A stretch of DNA of 64,000 bases from Piromyces finnis finn (lineage: Eukaryota; Fungi; Neocallimastigomycota): assembly GCA_002104945.1 (NCBI GenBank), contig MCFH01000042.1, positions 62,001 to 126,000 of the forward strand, written 5' to 3'. The notes below the pieces were generated by a model. That model saw nothing but the letters and a program-made list of their open reading frames with translations. It was not told where the DNA came from and ran no database searches. Positions 1-13,022 of the stretch are shown here, one piece after another. Position 1 is the stretch's first letter. Each line of letters begins with the position of its first letter. The position numbers were made by a program, and so were the translations under genes.

Positions 1-564
1 TTTAAATTATTTTAATTAATTAAAAATATATTTTTTTAAATATAATTAGATTTAGAAAATAATATATATATATTTTTTTTTCTTAAAAAAAAAGAATAGA
101 ATAAATGTAGTTTATTTATTTAAATAAAAAAGAAAGGTTTAAATTGAAATATAAAAAAGTAATGCTAAAAATATATTTAATATAAATAATATAATAATAG
201 TTAAGTGAACAATAAAAAAATATAATACTTAAAAACCGAAAATACTATTGAATTTATATATAGTAAATAATAAAAAATATATATATAGGAACAAGAAAGA
301 AGCAAAATAAAAAAAATAAAGTCTAAATTGCATTAAATAAAATATACAAAATTATAAAAGTTTATATATAAAAGAATTATTTATTTTCGGTGTATATTTT
401 TCTTTCTTTTATCTAATTTTTCTTTTTTTCTTTTTTCTTTTTATTTTTTTTTTATTCTTAATTCTTTATTTTTTCATTGGTAAGGATAAAATTGAATTAT
501 AATAAATACTGTATATAGAAATTTTGAATAGTGAAACAACATAAATTATAATTTATAATTCATC

Positions 565-2188
565 ATGGATAATGGGGGTTTTTACAATAATTATTCCAAT
601 TCCAATAATAAAAAGGAATTTATGGAAAAAACATTAAAAGAAAGACAAGAGAGAAAAGAAAAAATGAAATATGAAAAAGAATTAAAAGAAAAAATAGAAA
701 GTGGCTCTATTATTTATCAATATTACAAAAAATATAAAACTAAAAAGGAATGTATAGGTATGTTAATGAAAGAATGGGAACAAAAAATTGGATATGTTGA
801 AGATAAAAATAAAAAAGAAATTCTTTCAAAACCAATAAAAAAGAAGTATGACGCTAATGAATTATTATGGATTGGAAGAATTTTTTGTTATCTTCATAAA
901 AATAATTATTTTAAATCTGACCAAGATTTAAATGCTCATACTGTCATTTTAACCAAAATATATTGTGATAATAATATATTATCTATATTTCGTGATGTTA
1001 AAAAAGAAGGAGAACTTCGAAATATTCTAAAATATTTATTATTGGTAGCAATGGATGTTGTTATTACAAACTCTGCCTTGGTACCCTATAGTGGTCAGGA
1101 ATTAATTTTTGCTTTAAAATATTTAGATGGTAAACAGTATTCTAGTTTAGATAACGGTGACTTTATTATTGATAATATCCATGAATATTTAAAAGATCAA
1201 GAACTATATCGTCGTTTGAATGAACTATTAACTAAAAAAATGGAGGCTTTTGTTAATAATAAAACACCTACTAGATCCGTTTCATTATGGATTAATGCTA
1301 TTATACGTTGTACTCTTCTTACCATTGAATACAATTTAAATACTGTAGATAAAGATATTAAAGAACGTGTCCAAAATAGAATTGTACTTTTAATTATTAA
1401 TATTTTTACTGTGCCAGTTTTAGCTAGCATTTTAAGTGATCAAGGTGTAAAGATGGTTGAACAGTCGAAGGTTATTCCAATGGGAATAAAACTTTTGAAT
1501 GAAAATGATCAACTTCGAAGAATACTATTTAATATATTGGAAGGTGAAAGAACATTCTTCTTAATTGCAAATATAACAAAGTTTATTGAAGTTCTTCATT
1601 TAATTTCAGATCATGATCTCATTCAAACCAAACCTACTAAAACTGGAACGTCATTTAATTCACCTCTCACTAATGATGATTTAATTATTCTATTGACATT
1701 TTTAGCCCTTCATTGTCAAAGATTTATTCATGAAAAGAACACTGGAAGTTCATTGATATATCATCCAATATTTAATTGGTACTCAGGTAAAAAGAAGGAA
1801 AAAATATCCTTAGATCTATTTAAACAAGCTATTAATCAATTAAGTTATCTTTGGAGTTTACCATTTATGTTAATAGTCTTCAAACCAATACTTACTTATA
1901 ATTCTCAGGAGTTAATTATCTCATCAAAGACAATACTTTCTATTTACATTAAAGATATATGCAATTTTTATCTTGCTTTAGCGAAAATTATTGGAAATCA
2001 AAAAGATGAAATCTTCAATGCTATTGCTTACCATCCAAATCTAATTCCAATGTTCTGGTGTTTTATGAATGATATTGGTCCAAAAAAGAAATTAGAAATA
2101 TTTTTAAATGCTGCAAAATTCCCATCTCGTGAACCACTCATATCTGTTTTAGAATTCTTTTGTAGATCATGTAGTCTTCTATTCCTGT

Positions 2189-2223
<35 letters not shown>

Positions 2224-4748
2224 TCTTATTATTTATATATATATATATATAAGAAAAAAAAGCATTATTATAATATATATTATTATATAATCTAATATAT
2301 ATACCTATAATAATTATAGTACTTTAGATGATCAAGAAATTTATGAATTACAGAAACCATTTACTCTAATATCTTTAAAACAAATGTCTCTTTTCCTTAA
2401 TAATTTCTGTTTCCAAATGTATTGGCAAGAATCAGCAAAATCACATAGAGAGATTTTAGAATCAGCACAATCTCTTTTAAATATTCTATATGATAAAAAT
2501 GATAGGTAATAACTACACCTACACCATTAATTAATTTTTATGAAACTTTTATATTATTATATAAAAAAATAACTTTTATACCTTTATTAAAAATAGGCAT
2601 ATTAATTTAATTTTTTTATAAATATTTATATTTTATTGATATTCTATTAACTGATAGACGTCCATTTTCATCCGATATGGAATGGACTGTAAAGGAAATT
2701 CGCCATTATACATTTTTAGAAAATATAAAGAAAAATGATGAAGTTTCTTTAAAAATCCTAGAATACATGCCACATGTTATTCCATTTAAAATGTAAATAT
2801 ATATAATATAAATAAATAATATGTTTATTCTTAAAATATTTTTTGAAATATTTATATTAATTTTTTTTATTTAATTCAAGTCGTGTAGAAATATTAAGAA
2901 ATTATATAAAAGCAGATAAGGATTCATTAGTTAAACTTAAGAAAAAAGAATTTAATATTAGAAGGGCAATGATATTGGAAGATGGGTATGAACAACTTGG
3001 ACATTTAAGTACATTACATTTTAAACAAGCTATTAGAATTAAATTCATAAGTGCTCATGGTTATGAGGAAGCTGGTATTGATCAGAATGGTGTATTTAAA
3101 GAATTTTTGGAAGAATTATGTAAAGCTGCTTTTGATCCAGGTTTAAATCTTTTTAAAACTACGACTGAAGGTTACTGCTCACCAAGTCCTACCTCTTATA
3201 TTCATGAAAATTATCTTTCCCTCTTTGAATTTATTGGTAAAATATTAGGAAAGGCACTCTATGAAGCCATTGTTATTGATTTCCCATTTGCTCAATTCTT
3301 CTATGCTAAACTTTTATCCAGATATAATACATTGGATGATTTACCTTCTTTGGATCCTCAACTCTACAAAAATTTAACTTTCCTTAAGCATTATGAAGGA
3401 AATTGTGAGGATCTTGGTTTAACATTCACTGTTGATCAAGATGTTTTTGGTCAAGTTAAAACCATTGATATTAAACCTGCAGGATCACATATTAATGTCA
3501 CTAATGAAAATAGATATCAATATATATATTTAGTAGCAGATTATATGTTAAATCAACAATGTAAAGAACAAAATAGGGCTTTTATTAAAGGATTTAAGTC
3601 TATTATTTCAGAAAAATGGTTAAAGATGTTTTCACCTGCTGAATTACAAAAGTAACATTATATCATCGATATAATTTTGTTTTTATTAATTATTTGCTAT
3701 ATCAACTAAACTAAATAAAATTCTTGTTAATTTATATATATTAATTTTATTATAAATATAGATTGATATCTGGTGAATCAATGAATATCGGTATTTTATA
3801 TAATAATAATAATAATAATAATAATATATATTATTTAAATCAATATTTAACGGATTATATAATATGTAATTTATATATAATATAATATGCAAATATAAAT
3901 TTTTAAATCGATTCTATCTAGATATTGATGATTTAAGGAAATATACTAAATATGAAGGTGCTTACTTTGACCAACATAAAACTATTAGAAATCTCTGGAG
4001 TGTATTAAATAGTTTTTCTGAAAAAGAAAAACAACTATTTTTAAAGTTTACCACTAGTTGTTCAAAAGTAATATATTTTATTATGATATAAATTAACTAA
4101 TTGTGTTTTCTTTATTCCCTATAGTATATAAATTTATAATATTATTAAATATATATTTGTATATATTATTTTTTATTTTAAAACTTAAAGCCACCTGTTG
4201 GAGGTTTTGAATATTTAAATCCTCCTTTAACTATTCGTTATGTACCTTTAGATGAAGATGGTAATGTTGATATTAAACCATTTGAAGCTTTTAAATCTGT
4301 ATTTGGTTTAGCAAAGGTATTTATCAATATTGATTGAAATTAATCAAATAAATAGCAAAATTTCTAAATAATATATCACTCCAATATTAATTTTATAGGA
4401 TACTACTCGTTTACCAACAGCCTCAACATGTTTTAAGTAATTATTTCCCTTTATTATTCTTTATATTTTTATGAAAATAATATTAATAATAAATTACACT
4501 TTTTTTCTCTCTTTTTGTTATATATATTCAGTTTATTAAAATTACCACCCTATCAAAAGAAATCTACTTTAAAGGAGAAATTAAAATATGCTGTAAGTAT
4601 CAAATATTAAATGTGTATATATATTTAATGATGTGATATTTATTGTTTTCTTTTTCTTTTTTTTTTTATAATTATTATTATATTATTATGATATGTTAAA
4701 CACACCCTTTTTTAGATTAATGCTGGTGCAGGATTTGAATTATCTTAA
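565..4748 (+). CDS. HECT-domain E3 ubiquitin ligase, UBE3B/UBE3C (Hul5-like) family, about 10 exons
   Basis: ORFs 565-2190 and 2969-3655 join through GT-AG introns (first: donor 2187, acceptor 2319, giving SLLFLTLDDQE). HECT motifs EAGIDQNGVFKEF and IGKILGKALYE are present. The catalytic-Cys exon 4399-4436 reads DTTRLPTASTCFN. The protein ends INAGAGFELS* at 4748. Confidence 0.93.
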
Positions 4749-5246
4749 ATATATAAAATATTACAATACCATATAATAATAATTGCTACGATAACTGTTA
4801 ATACTAAACTATATATTATTATAAAATAATAAAAAAATTTTTTTTTGTCTAAAAAAAAAAAAAAAAAAAAGCCAAAATGAAAATAAAATAAAAAACTATT
4901 AATAATAAATATATAATGAAAAAAATAAATAATAAAAATCATAATAATGATAAAGTGTATTTTGTATGCAATTGTTATACTATTACAAATCATTATTATA
5001 TTAATAATATATAATGATAAAATGTAAATGCAAAAACTTCGAAAATCAGAATATATATATATATATATATATTTAATATTTATTTATATATACTTTATTG
5101 TAAAATTTACGATGAAAAAAAAAAATTTCTTTTTATGAATTAATAATAAAGGTATCTATTTATTCGTTTCTTTTCCTTTCATTATTAATTAATTATTAAT
5201 TTTTATTAATATGATAATGATATATATTAATTTATTATTTTCATTA

Positions 5247-6941
5247 TCATTCTCTCCTTTTTCCTCTACCTCTACCTCTTCCTATTAATTTTTTTTAATG
5301 GTCATAAAAATAATTTAGTGTCTATTAGTTTTTATATATTATTAATATATTTTTTTGTTTTACCTCTTTTGGAAGACCGAGTCACACGTCGTTTCACGTT
5401 ATATTCATCGCTATCTTCACTTTCATTGTATTCACTTTCACTTTCACTATCACTATAACTTTCATCATCTTTGACATTTTCATTATTATCATTTTCCTCT
5501 TCTTTTTCTTCTTCACTATCATCATTTATAAAATTGTCTTTAATTTGATAATCATTGGTTCTTTTCCCTCTTCCTCTTCCTCTTCCTCTACCTCTACTTC
5601 TACCTCTGCCTCTGCTTTTAGTTTCTCTTTTTATTTTTATAGTTGTATCCTGCCCTTCAAAATAATCCTTATTTTCATTATCACTATTATTATTACCTTT
5701 TGGTTTTCTTCTACCTCTTTTCCTTTTATTATTAGTATTTTGGTTTGATAAAGCTTTATTTTTTTTTAGTTCATCGTGGTTTTCTTCCTGTCGCTTTTCT
5801 TGTTCGATCAATTCTAAATGTTCATATTCACAAATATAATCAGATTCCTCTGAAAAGTCTGAATAATTTTCATATATTTTTAACTCTGGATGATTCGTTT
5901 CTTCATCACTCATAGGCCTTTCTTCTTCATTTTCTTCTTCATCACTTGTTATTGACGATTCATTCTTATCTAATATGTTATTTTTTTCAGATAATTTTTC
6001 TCTTGATTCACTTTCTATTTTAATTTCTTTTTTCTTTTCAATATCAGCTTGACTATCATTACTATTATTTTCTTCTTCTTTGTCATTTTCATTATCATCA
6101 TCAAAATCTATTAAACTGTCATATATATTATCGATATCTAACTCATCACTTTTATCTTTGTCATTTTTTTTCTTTTCAATAATATTTTTATTTTTTTTAT
6201 CAGGAAACTGATTTAATAATTCATTATTCTCATCTTTTATATCTTTTTGTTTTTGTTCTACTTCATTAATTTCTTCAGTATTATTATTGTTGTTATTATT
6301 ATTATTATTATTAAGGGTATTATTAGAAGTAGTATCTTCAATAATTTCTACTTTAAATGGGTATCTATTTTTAATATAAAAATAATAATATATATAAAAT
6401 ACATATATTTATATACATATAATATAGTACGGAAAAGAATTAATATTTATTATTTAAAAATTTTATAGGCAATAAAAATAAAAATAATAAAAATAAAAAT
6501 AATAAAAATAATAATAATAATATATATTAACATAAAAATTAACATTTCGAAATGAAATTTCAATTTCAAATACATTACTTATTTTTTAATAAATGAATGA
6601 GTGAATTATGCTTTAATATAATTTTTTCATTTCTTTTTAATTGAGTTGAATTCAAAAAAGCACTATTAGTTCCTTGACTTATAACATATACTTTATTCTT
6701 TTCTATGTCTAATATTACTTTTATCTATAAATTAAATATATTATTAATAATAGCAATTAATATTTATAGACATAGACTATTTTGAATATTATAAAAAATA
6801 AAAAAAAAATACATGATTTCTTGAGACTTGGGGGTCTGTTATAAGTGAAAAAGTGCTTCTTCCTATATTCAGTTCTTTTTGTCCTTCTGTAGATAGTATA
6901 AATTTATTTCTTGTTCCAACATAAGTTAATATTACTTTCAT
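5247..6941 (-). CDS. FHA-domain protein (PNKP/aprataxin/APLF-type FHA) with long acidic low-complexity region and RG repeats, 436 aa, 4 exons
   Basis: Phase-consistent exons 6941-6813, 6724-6579, 6364-5364 and 5281-5247. The N-terminus MKVILTYVGTRNKFILSTEGQKELNIGRSTFSLITDPQVSRNHIKVILD...VISQGTNSAFLNSTQL...HLLKNKYPFKVE carries the FHA signature GR...SRxH...GxN. The ORF track shows only the tail (5332-5913). Confidence 0.82.
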
Positions 6942-7209
6942 TTTTTTTAAAAAAAATATGTTTATTTCATGTTTTTTTTTTTTTTTTTTTTTTTTTTAAT
7001 GAAACATAATAAAAAATGATATTATTGAATGTTGATTTGTAAATTTTGAAATTGCAAAGAATAATGAAGAAATTGAAAAAATATATTAAGATGCTTATTG
7101 CTTATTATATATTACCAATGTTGTTGCTTTCTATTTTTAAAGGAAATTTTATATTTCATTAAAATACCGACTTTCTTTACAATTACATAAATATAGTATT
7201 TTAAGAAAA

Positions 7210-7240
<31 letters not shown>

Positions 7241-7350
7241 GAAATTAAATTAAAAATTAATTTGGAAAAATTGAATAATTTTTTAAAAATTTGTAAAAAT
7301 TCAAACCGAAAATTATAATATATTTTATATTTTATACCTGAGATAAATAA

Positions 7351-7387
<37 letters not shown>

Positions 7388-7713
7388 CAAGGTTTTTAAT
7401 TTAGTACTTAAATAGTGCCAAATTCAATAATCAAAATAGAAATAAATATTTTAACAGGTTTATATTTATTATTATTTTATAAAGTAAAGTAGTAATAAAG
7501 AATATATAAAAATTAAATATTCAATTTTTTTAATAATTAATTATCCATCAAATAAATTCTATATTCAATCATTAAAAACCTTTTTTTTAATTCATTACAT
7601 TAACATATTAATACATTAATATTAATAATATTTATATATATTCAACATAAAAATCAATATAATTTAAATAAAATGTTATTAATATTATAGCAAAAATAAG
7701 TATTAAATAAAAA

Positions 7714-8758
7714 ATGATAGCCGGAGTTGAAGTTGCATGTCCACCACATTGGACTGAAGAAGAAGCTGGTTATGGTATTCATTGGGAAACAGCAAAGTAA
7801 AAATTATTCAAATAATACTTTATCTATTTTAGTAATAAAACAATGAGATATGAAAATATAAATTATTTTATTTTTTTTTAATAAATAACTAAAAATAAAA
7901 AGAAAACTAATATAATTAAAGAAATGTAAATTTCAATAAATTATTAAAACTAATAAATATTTATTATATATATAATGTATTTTATAAAATGGTATAACAT
8001 TTATTATTGTGAAAATAACATGATATACTATGTATATTTACAAAAAACAAAAAACTTGCTGTATTGTATTACAGAAAAATTGCATATGAAAGTAATTGTG
8101 ACATAGATTTTGTTGAATTTCCATTATCATATATAGTAAATATCAACCAAAATAAATTATTCCACAATATTATAATGATAATTCTTAACCATTTATTATC
8201 ATTATTTAAATATTTACTTTTTCTTATAAAATTTTAACTTATTATTATAAATAAAAAAAAAAAAAAAAAAAGGTTTCAGGAGAACAAGAAATAGCATTAG
8301 AAGTGTAATATAATTATATTACTTATTTATAAATACTTGTATATATGTATATTAAAAAATACATATATTATTTTTTTTTAAATAAAAATGTATATAATAA
8401 TATTTAATATATTAAAACCGCAAAAAACAGAAGGAAAAAAATTGAAGAGTATTTAGAACAAGCAGTAAAAGCTGAAGGTGGAAATGTTCAATATTTATCA
8501 CGTCAATTAGTTGGCTTCTTCAAAGAATTATTAAGAAGAATTTTATTCCTTCTTAGTTTATTATTAACCCCAATTTCCAAAGTATTTGGATTAGAAAAAA
8601 AGACAAAGAATGAATATATTACAATTCCAGACGATGATTATAATGAATTTACTTCAAATAGTGATAATAAAGAAAAGGATAAAGAATGTATAGAGAAAGA
8701 AAAAATAGGAAAAGAGGAAGACATTAAAAAATCTAAGGAAGAAAAGAAAAATGATTAA
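7714..8758 (+). CDS. Hypothetical protein, 167 aa, 4 exons (true start may lie upstream)
   Basis: Exons 7714-7796, 8075-8135, 8273-8304 and 8431-8758 splice in frame: MIAGVEVACPPHWTEEEAGYGIHWETAKKIAYESNCDIDFVEFPLSYIVSGEQEIALEVRKKIEEYLEQAVKAEGG...LLRRILFLLSLLLTPISKVFG...KKND*. Absent from the ORF track. Confidence 0.7.
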
Positions 8759-9228
8759 TTTTATAAAGATAATAATTAAATTTTTTGCAATATGATAAAG
8801 TATAATTAATTTTAAAATAATTATAAATAATGTAAATAAAGCAAATAAAGAAATAATAGAATTAAAAAAAAGCAAAAATGAATTTATTTAAAGATTATTT
8901 ATTTTTATTATTATTATTATTTTTTTATTATTATTATTAAATTTATTTATATGAAATTTACAATTTTTTTTTTTTTTCCTATAAGATAATTATGATATTA
9001 TCTATCATTAATGAGTAAATATATAAAAGCATTAGATATTATAATTTTTAATTATTATTTAGATTATAATTTAGATCATTACATAATAATGAAGCGCTTT
9101 TTTAATAATGGATATATAATCCTAAATATAAACTTTTTTTTTTGTTGTTATTTAACTCTATTTCATTAATTGTTTTATAATAAAATAGATAATTTTAGAA
9201 ATGAGACTTTTTATATTTTAATAAAATT

Positions 9229-11733
9229 TTAACATATTAATTTTTCTATATTATTAAATATGTGTTCATTTTTGCTGGCATTATCTAAATCATTTGAGAT
9301 TTTGTAATAATTCATACAATATTCATTTTCATCATATTTTAATTGTCTAAAGTTAAATTCTTTTATGAGAATATAACCATTAGAATATCCTTGTGGATCT
9401 CTTTCTTGTAAATCCTTTAATACTAAATCACTTCCAAAATATGGGTGCTTTAATATATTATTTTCTTCACGGTGGTGTCCTAATGTGATAGCCTTAATTC
9501 CATTATCAAATTCAACTTCATACTTTTGATTAATATCATCTTGAAGAATTAAATTAAACCAGGAATCAATTGAAACTTCTTTTGCATTGATAAGGTCGTT
9601 AGGGAAATACCAGGTATTATTAATAGCAATAGGGTGATATGGTGTTAAAAGAACTCCATTAATATCACACATATATGGCTTACTTAATTTATTTAAAGTT
9701 TGTTCAATCAAACATTGGACAATTGCATTATTATAAAGAATGTCTCCTTTCTTTAAGTCTCTAACACATTTTCTTTGTCCATTAGCCAATAATACAATAG
9801 CATCACCATTGAAACATCCACCATGACGATTCATGAAATTACCCATTTGAACTCTACTACCTGTACTTGTACTTGTATTGATAACTCCTCTTCTACTAGT
9901 TTTTGTAGATGGTGGTGGTAAATTGATAAATATTCTTTTGGCCAATAATCTGTAAGCATCAGCAACTTCTTGAGTGTAATATTGAAGAGATTGGTCTTTG
10001 AAATTACCACATTGTTCATATTGATGGAATCTTAAGAATGAATTAATGTAACATTCACCCCATTTTCCATAATAATCTTGTTGAATAGCTTTTTCAACTT
10101 GTCCATGATTAGGATCAGGATTTGTAATATCAATAAGTAAATCCTTTGCAAATTTGGTCTTATATTTCAATTCCTTTAATATTTTAATATATTCATCTAA
10201 AATTGTTTTTGCTTTTCCATTTTCTTCTTCATTTGAAGCTATTCCCTCAATTTTTATTATTTTATTAAGAGCAATGATAAATTTATTTCTTAAAATTTGA
10301 TTTAATAAACGTTCTTCATATTGAGTAGATTCTATTTCTTTTTCTTCAATAATAATATCAGTATCGATATTATTTATATCAATAGAAACAGCATTATCAT
10401 CTTCGGAATCAGAATCAGAGTCAAGTATTTCATCATCATCATCATCTTCTTCTTCTTCTTCATTTTTCTGAGCTTCTTTTAATTGTTTTTCTTTTTCATA
10501 CATATCATCAATAAAGGACTTAAGGTCTGGACTTTCATTAATAATAGGAACATCAATTATTTGATTAGTCATTGGAAGCTCAACTGTAACTTTTGTCTTA
10601 TCAATTAAATTTTTATCAATTTTAAATATAGCATTTCTATATGTTGCACGGTATAATGGACCAATTGTCATTGTTTTTTTAATATCATCACCTTGTTCAA
10701 CAATAACTTTAATAACTGGAGTGATAGTAGAAAGAAGACTTGCCATATAATTAATGAAAATAGTTCCTACCATTGTACCATCTGGACAATATCCATAAAT
10801 ACCATTTCCAAGATTTGCAATATCAATTAATAATTTTGGACCTACGTCATTACCAAATGAGAATGTTGATATCGTAAATTTATCATCACAAACTTTTAAT
10901 GTATCTTTCAATGTTTGGTATACACCGTCTGGTGGATTTATATTAGAATTACCATCAGTAAATACCATTAATGATTTTTGATAATTTTTATATGTAACAG
11001 ATTTTGATACATTAATTCCTTCTTCAATACCTCTCCAAATATTAGTACAACCACCTAAATTCATTTTATTTATACTGGAAATAACAGTTTCTTTGGCAGC
11101 TTTATCAATCAATAATGTTGGTTCCAAATGAATATTAGCATCATTACTAAATGTTACAATACTAAACATATCTTCTTTTCTTAATGATGATACAATTGCT
11201 TTGAGTGAATGTTTGACCAATTCAAGACGTGAAATATATTGTGTTTCCATATTTTCAATATTATTACAACAATTACATCCCATAGAACCAGAAATATCAA
11301 CTACACAAATTATACATGCAGGTGATGTTGTTTTTAATTTTTTTGGCTTCATCCATACATGAAGTGAGTCTTTACATAATCCTGAACTTTGTTCTTCTGA
11401 GATAATGCGTGATTTTATTTCTTCAAATTCTACTTCCTCTGCTTCAGTAGAAGCAGCAGAAAATGTTAAATTATTTATTTTTTCAGTAATATCATTTAAT
11501 TGAATATTATGTTCATTAACATAATTTTCTATTAAACTTTTTAAAGAATAATTTATAACTCCATCTTCAATTTTCATAGGAATCTTTGTTAAAGGAGAAG
11601 CGTGTGTTATTTCTAAAGCTTTTTTAATAGCTTCTTTTTCATATGTATGACCATCAGGCATAATTAAAGGTTCTTTCATAATATCCAAAGTAATTGGACA
11701 TAAATATTCATTTGGAATTTCGTCTTTATCCAT
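9229..11733 (-). CDS. U-box / VWA / Vwaint / Hint-Vint domain protein, 834 aa, intronless
   Basis: U-box EYLCPITLDIMKEPLIMPDGHTYEKEAI. VWA MIDAS motif VVDISGSMG. Vwaint-like block NHGQVEKAI...KWGECYINSFLRFHQYEQCGNFKDQSLQYY. Hint start GG/CFNGDAIVLLANG and LLTPYHPI. Vint-like C-terminus ITLGH...HPYFGS. Confidence 0.9.
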   Translation of the reverse strand: MDKDEIPNEYLCPITLDIMKEPLIMPDGHTYEKEAIKKALEITHASPLTKIPMKIEDGVINYSLKSLIENYVNEHNIQLNDITEKINNLTFSAASTEAEEVEFEEIKSRIISEEQSSGLCKDSLHVWMKPKKLKTTSPACIICVVDISGSMGCNCCNNIENMETQYISRLELVKHSLKAIVSSLRKEDMFSIVTFSNDANIHLEPTLLIDKAAKETVISSINKMNLGGCTNIWRGIEEGINVSKSVTYKNYQKSLMVFTDGNSNINPPDGVYQTLKDTLKVCDDKFTISTFSFGNDVGPKLLIDIANLGNGIYGYCPDGTMVGTIFINYMASLLSTITPVIKVIVEQGDDIKKTMTIGPLYRATYRNAIFKIDKNLIDKTKVTVELPMTNQIIDVPIINESPDLKSFIDDMYEKEKQLKEAQKNEEEEEDDDDDEILDSDSDSEDDNAVSIDINNIDTDIIIEEKEIESTQYEERLLNQILRNKFIIALNKIIKIEGIASNEEENGKAKTILDEYIKILKELKYKTKFAKDLLIDITNPDPNHGQVEKAIQQDYYGKWGECYINSFLRFHQYEQCGNFKDQSLQYYTQEVADAYRLLAKRIFINLPPPSTKTSRRGVINTSTSTGSRVQMGNFMNRHGGCFNGDAIVLLANGQRKCVRDLKKGDILYNNAIVQCLIEQTLNKLSKPYMCDINGVLLTPYHPIAINNTWYFPNDLINAKEVSIDSWFNLILQDDINQKYEVEFDNGIKAITLGHHREENNILKHPYFGSDLVLKDLQERDPQGYSNGYILIKEFNFRQLKYDENEYCMNYYKISNDLDNASKNEHIFNNIEKLIC

Positions 11734-13022
11734 TTTGTATTTTTTTTATTTTAATGTATTCGGTATTACTATAATTTTTTTTTTTTATAATATATATTTA
11801 TGGAATTATTATATTTTTAATTAAAAAAATTTTTTTTAATAAATTTATTTACACTTTAATTTTTAATATGAATTTGGTAAATTTTTTGTTCTTTATATAA
11901 AAACTATTAGGTCCGAACTATCCATATGATCTCTAGTTTTATTGAAGATTTATTGGTTAATTATTAATTTAAAAATTCAGTAAAAATTAATGAGGATTAA
12001 TTTAATAAAATTAAAGAAAAATACTAAGATCTTGTTATTACTAAAATTAAAAATTTTATTAGAATTTACTAAAAATACTTTTTTTTATTTTATCACTTTA
12101 TTAAACATGATACAACATAATAAATATTATACTCTATTTAATCTATCTATATCTATCATTATCTCTTTTAAAATATTTCTAAATATTATATTATTTTAAG
12201 CCACCTTTTTTTTAAAAAAAAAATGAAATAGTATCTTAATGTCTAAACCTTCCTTCATATAAATTTTGAAGGCTTTGGTATTTGGTAATAGAATATGAAT
12301 TCTTACAAAGCCATTGAAATAGGGTATTGTTTATAGCAATATTATTTTAAAATAAAATTTAAGAATATTATTATAATAATAATTGTAGCAGTTAAATAAT
12401 CAAGGATAATGATTATATATAATATTATTTATAAATAAATAATAAAAAAGCAAGCACTTTTTGATGGCATTTTACTTAATATAATATGAAAAATGTTTTT
12501 TTTTTAAAAAAAAAACTTTTAAAATTTTAATTTATTAATAATTAATTTTAATTGAAATTAAAACATTTTTCATATTGTTATATATTAAATATTAAATAAT
12601 TAATGAATTATTTATAGATTAATCAAGATCAGAATAGGATTAAAAAAATTCTTTATGCATATTGGTAAAGCATGAAAATAATTAATAACACTAATAAAGA
12701 AATGGCTTTATGTATATAAAATAAAGTTTTAAAAAATAACTCTTTATATACAGTATAATTAATAAATATTGAAAAATTAGCAAAGGACCAGAAACTTTTA
12801 TTAACAAGTAGGAACAAAAAAAAAAGGTTTACTTGATACTATTTAAAGTTAGTATCAAGTAACTTTAAATGTTACATAAACTTTAAATAATAATAAATTA
12901 GTGATTTTTTAATTTATTAGATAATATTAACTACTCACTTTTTATTATATATAAAAAATAAAAAAAGTATTTATGGCTCTTTTTAGTATTATAAAAATAT
13001 ATTATTATATTATATATAAAAA

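Noticed and set aside
12230-12350. Minus-frame fragment IPYFNGFVRIHILLPNTKAFKIYMKEGLDIK, vaguely like a GNAT C-terminus
   Set aside because: Only about 35 aa, with no start or convincing splice partners. Chance similarity is not excluded.
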